DNA of 36,642 nucleotides from Candidatus Berkelbacteria bacterium (GTDB lineage Bacteria; Patescibacteriota; UBA1384; JACPKC01): NCBI GenBank assembly GCA_016187225.1, contig JACPKC010000003.1, positions 1 to 36,642 of the forward strand, read 5' to 3'. Shown piece by piece: positions 36,195 to 36,642 of this stretch (position 1 is its first letter; each line of letters starts with the position of its first letter). The notes under the pieces were generated by a model. It saw only the letters and a program-made list of their open reading frames with translations, ran no database searches and was not told where the DNA came from. The position numbers and the translations under genes were made by a program.

Positions 36195-36266
36195 ACGTTC
36201 AGTTATCTCGACTTTAAACTCTTGATCAGCTTGCTTAACAAACTAACGATTACTACTGCCTCTTGC

Positions 36267-36440
36267 CTATCGACCGCCATTTTTAACCAATTGGTATAGT
36301 TCGTACGTCTCTTTCGCCATCTTGGCCCAACTAAATTTTTGCGCCTGTTTGCGGCCGCGAGCGGAGAGGTCGGCCGCGAGTTTTTTATCGGTCACAATAC
36401 TGCGCAGGCAAGCCTTTATGCGGCGCGCCACTGGGCGAGG
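36267..36440 (-). pseudogene. Orphan C-terminal fragment of a GT1/GT4-type glycosyltransferase
   Basis: The minus-strand translation ...IKACLRSIVTDKKLAADLSARGRKQAQKFSWAKMAKETYELYQLVKNGGR* matches the usual GT1 C-terminal tail. No N-terminal part is present, and the in-frame TAA of the upstream LRR ORF bounds it at 36474. Confidence 0.45.
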
Positions 36441-36473
36441 GCAGTGTGAAGCTTGGCGCAGAGAGAGATTGAG

Positions 36474-36642
36474 TTAGGCATCAATATTTACCTTGGGATA
36501 CTTTCGTTCGAGTTCGGAGATCGCTTGGGCGTCATTCGCGAGCGGGGTGTTGCCAAGGTAGAGCGTTTGCAGATTAGTCAACTGAGCGAGGTCTGGGAGG
36601 TCCTTGATCTGGGTATTGCTGAGGGAGAGCCATTGCAGCTTA
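36474..36642 (-). CDS. 3' end of a leucine-rich-repeat protein, partial at the window edge
   Basis: The minus-strand translation is KLQWLSLSNTQIKDLPDLAQLTNLQTLYLGNTPLANDAQAISELERKYPKVNIDA*, with LxxLxLxxN LRR periodicity. The frame is open to the window end. Confidence 0.55.
   Translation of the reverse strand, partial: KLQWLSLSNTQIKDLPDLAQLTNLQTLYLGNTPLANDAQAISELERKYPKVNIDA

Overview
This is a compact bacterial chromosome segment coded almost entirely on the minus strand, with many 1-8 nt start/stop overlaps. The housekeeping set is ligA, htpX, lemA, rplI, an S41 protease, mnmA, tatD, metG, acyP, rsmI, rsmA, pcrA, dnaB and dnaX. Gene content and style suggest a reduced-genome lineage such as Patescibacteria/CPR, which is inference only.

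The stand-out locus is 16.8-18.9 kb. A 406-aa IS110/Tas-like gene (RuvC-like N-terminus, coiled coil, helix-hairpin-helix Transposase_20/Nop-like C-terminus) sits between two sets of tandem structured units, seven on its 5' side and two on its 3' side. Every unit has the same build: outer stem, about 10 unpaired nt, a 12-13 nt mini-hairpin, about 10 unpaired nt, outer stem. The stems covary and the unpaired segments differ between units. That is a dual-guide RNA array architecture reminiscent of TIGR-Tas and of IS110 bridge RNAs. By eye the protein lacks the IS110 catalytic serine motif.

Other notable items:
- A 5'-truncated protein made of perfect 96-bp (32-aa) tandem repeats that differ only at one codon.
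- A sigma-70-like factor fused to 12 CxxC pairs.
- A 173-nt rod-like inverted-repeat element overlapping the rplI stop.
- A roughly 750-nt non-coding gap upstream of a G5/RlpA-like gene.
- A right-hand accessory patch with Fic, an IS remnant, hicBA and visibly more GC-rich gene fragments.

I saw no rRNA gene, tRNA gene or canonical CRISPR array.
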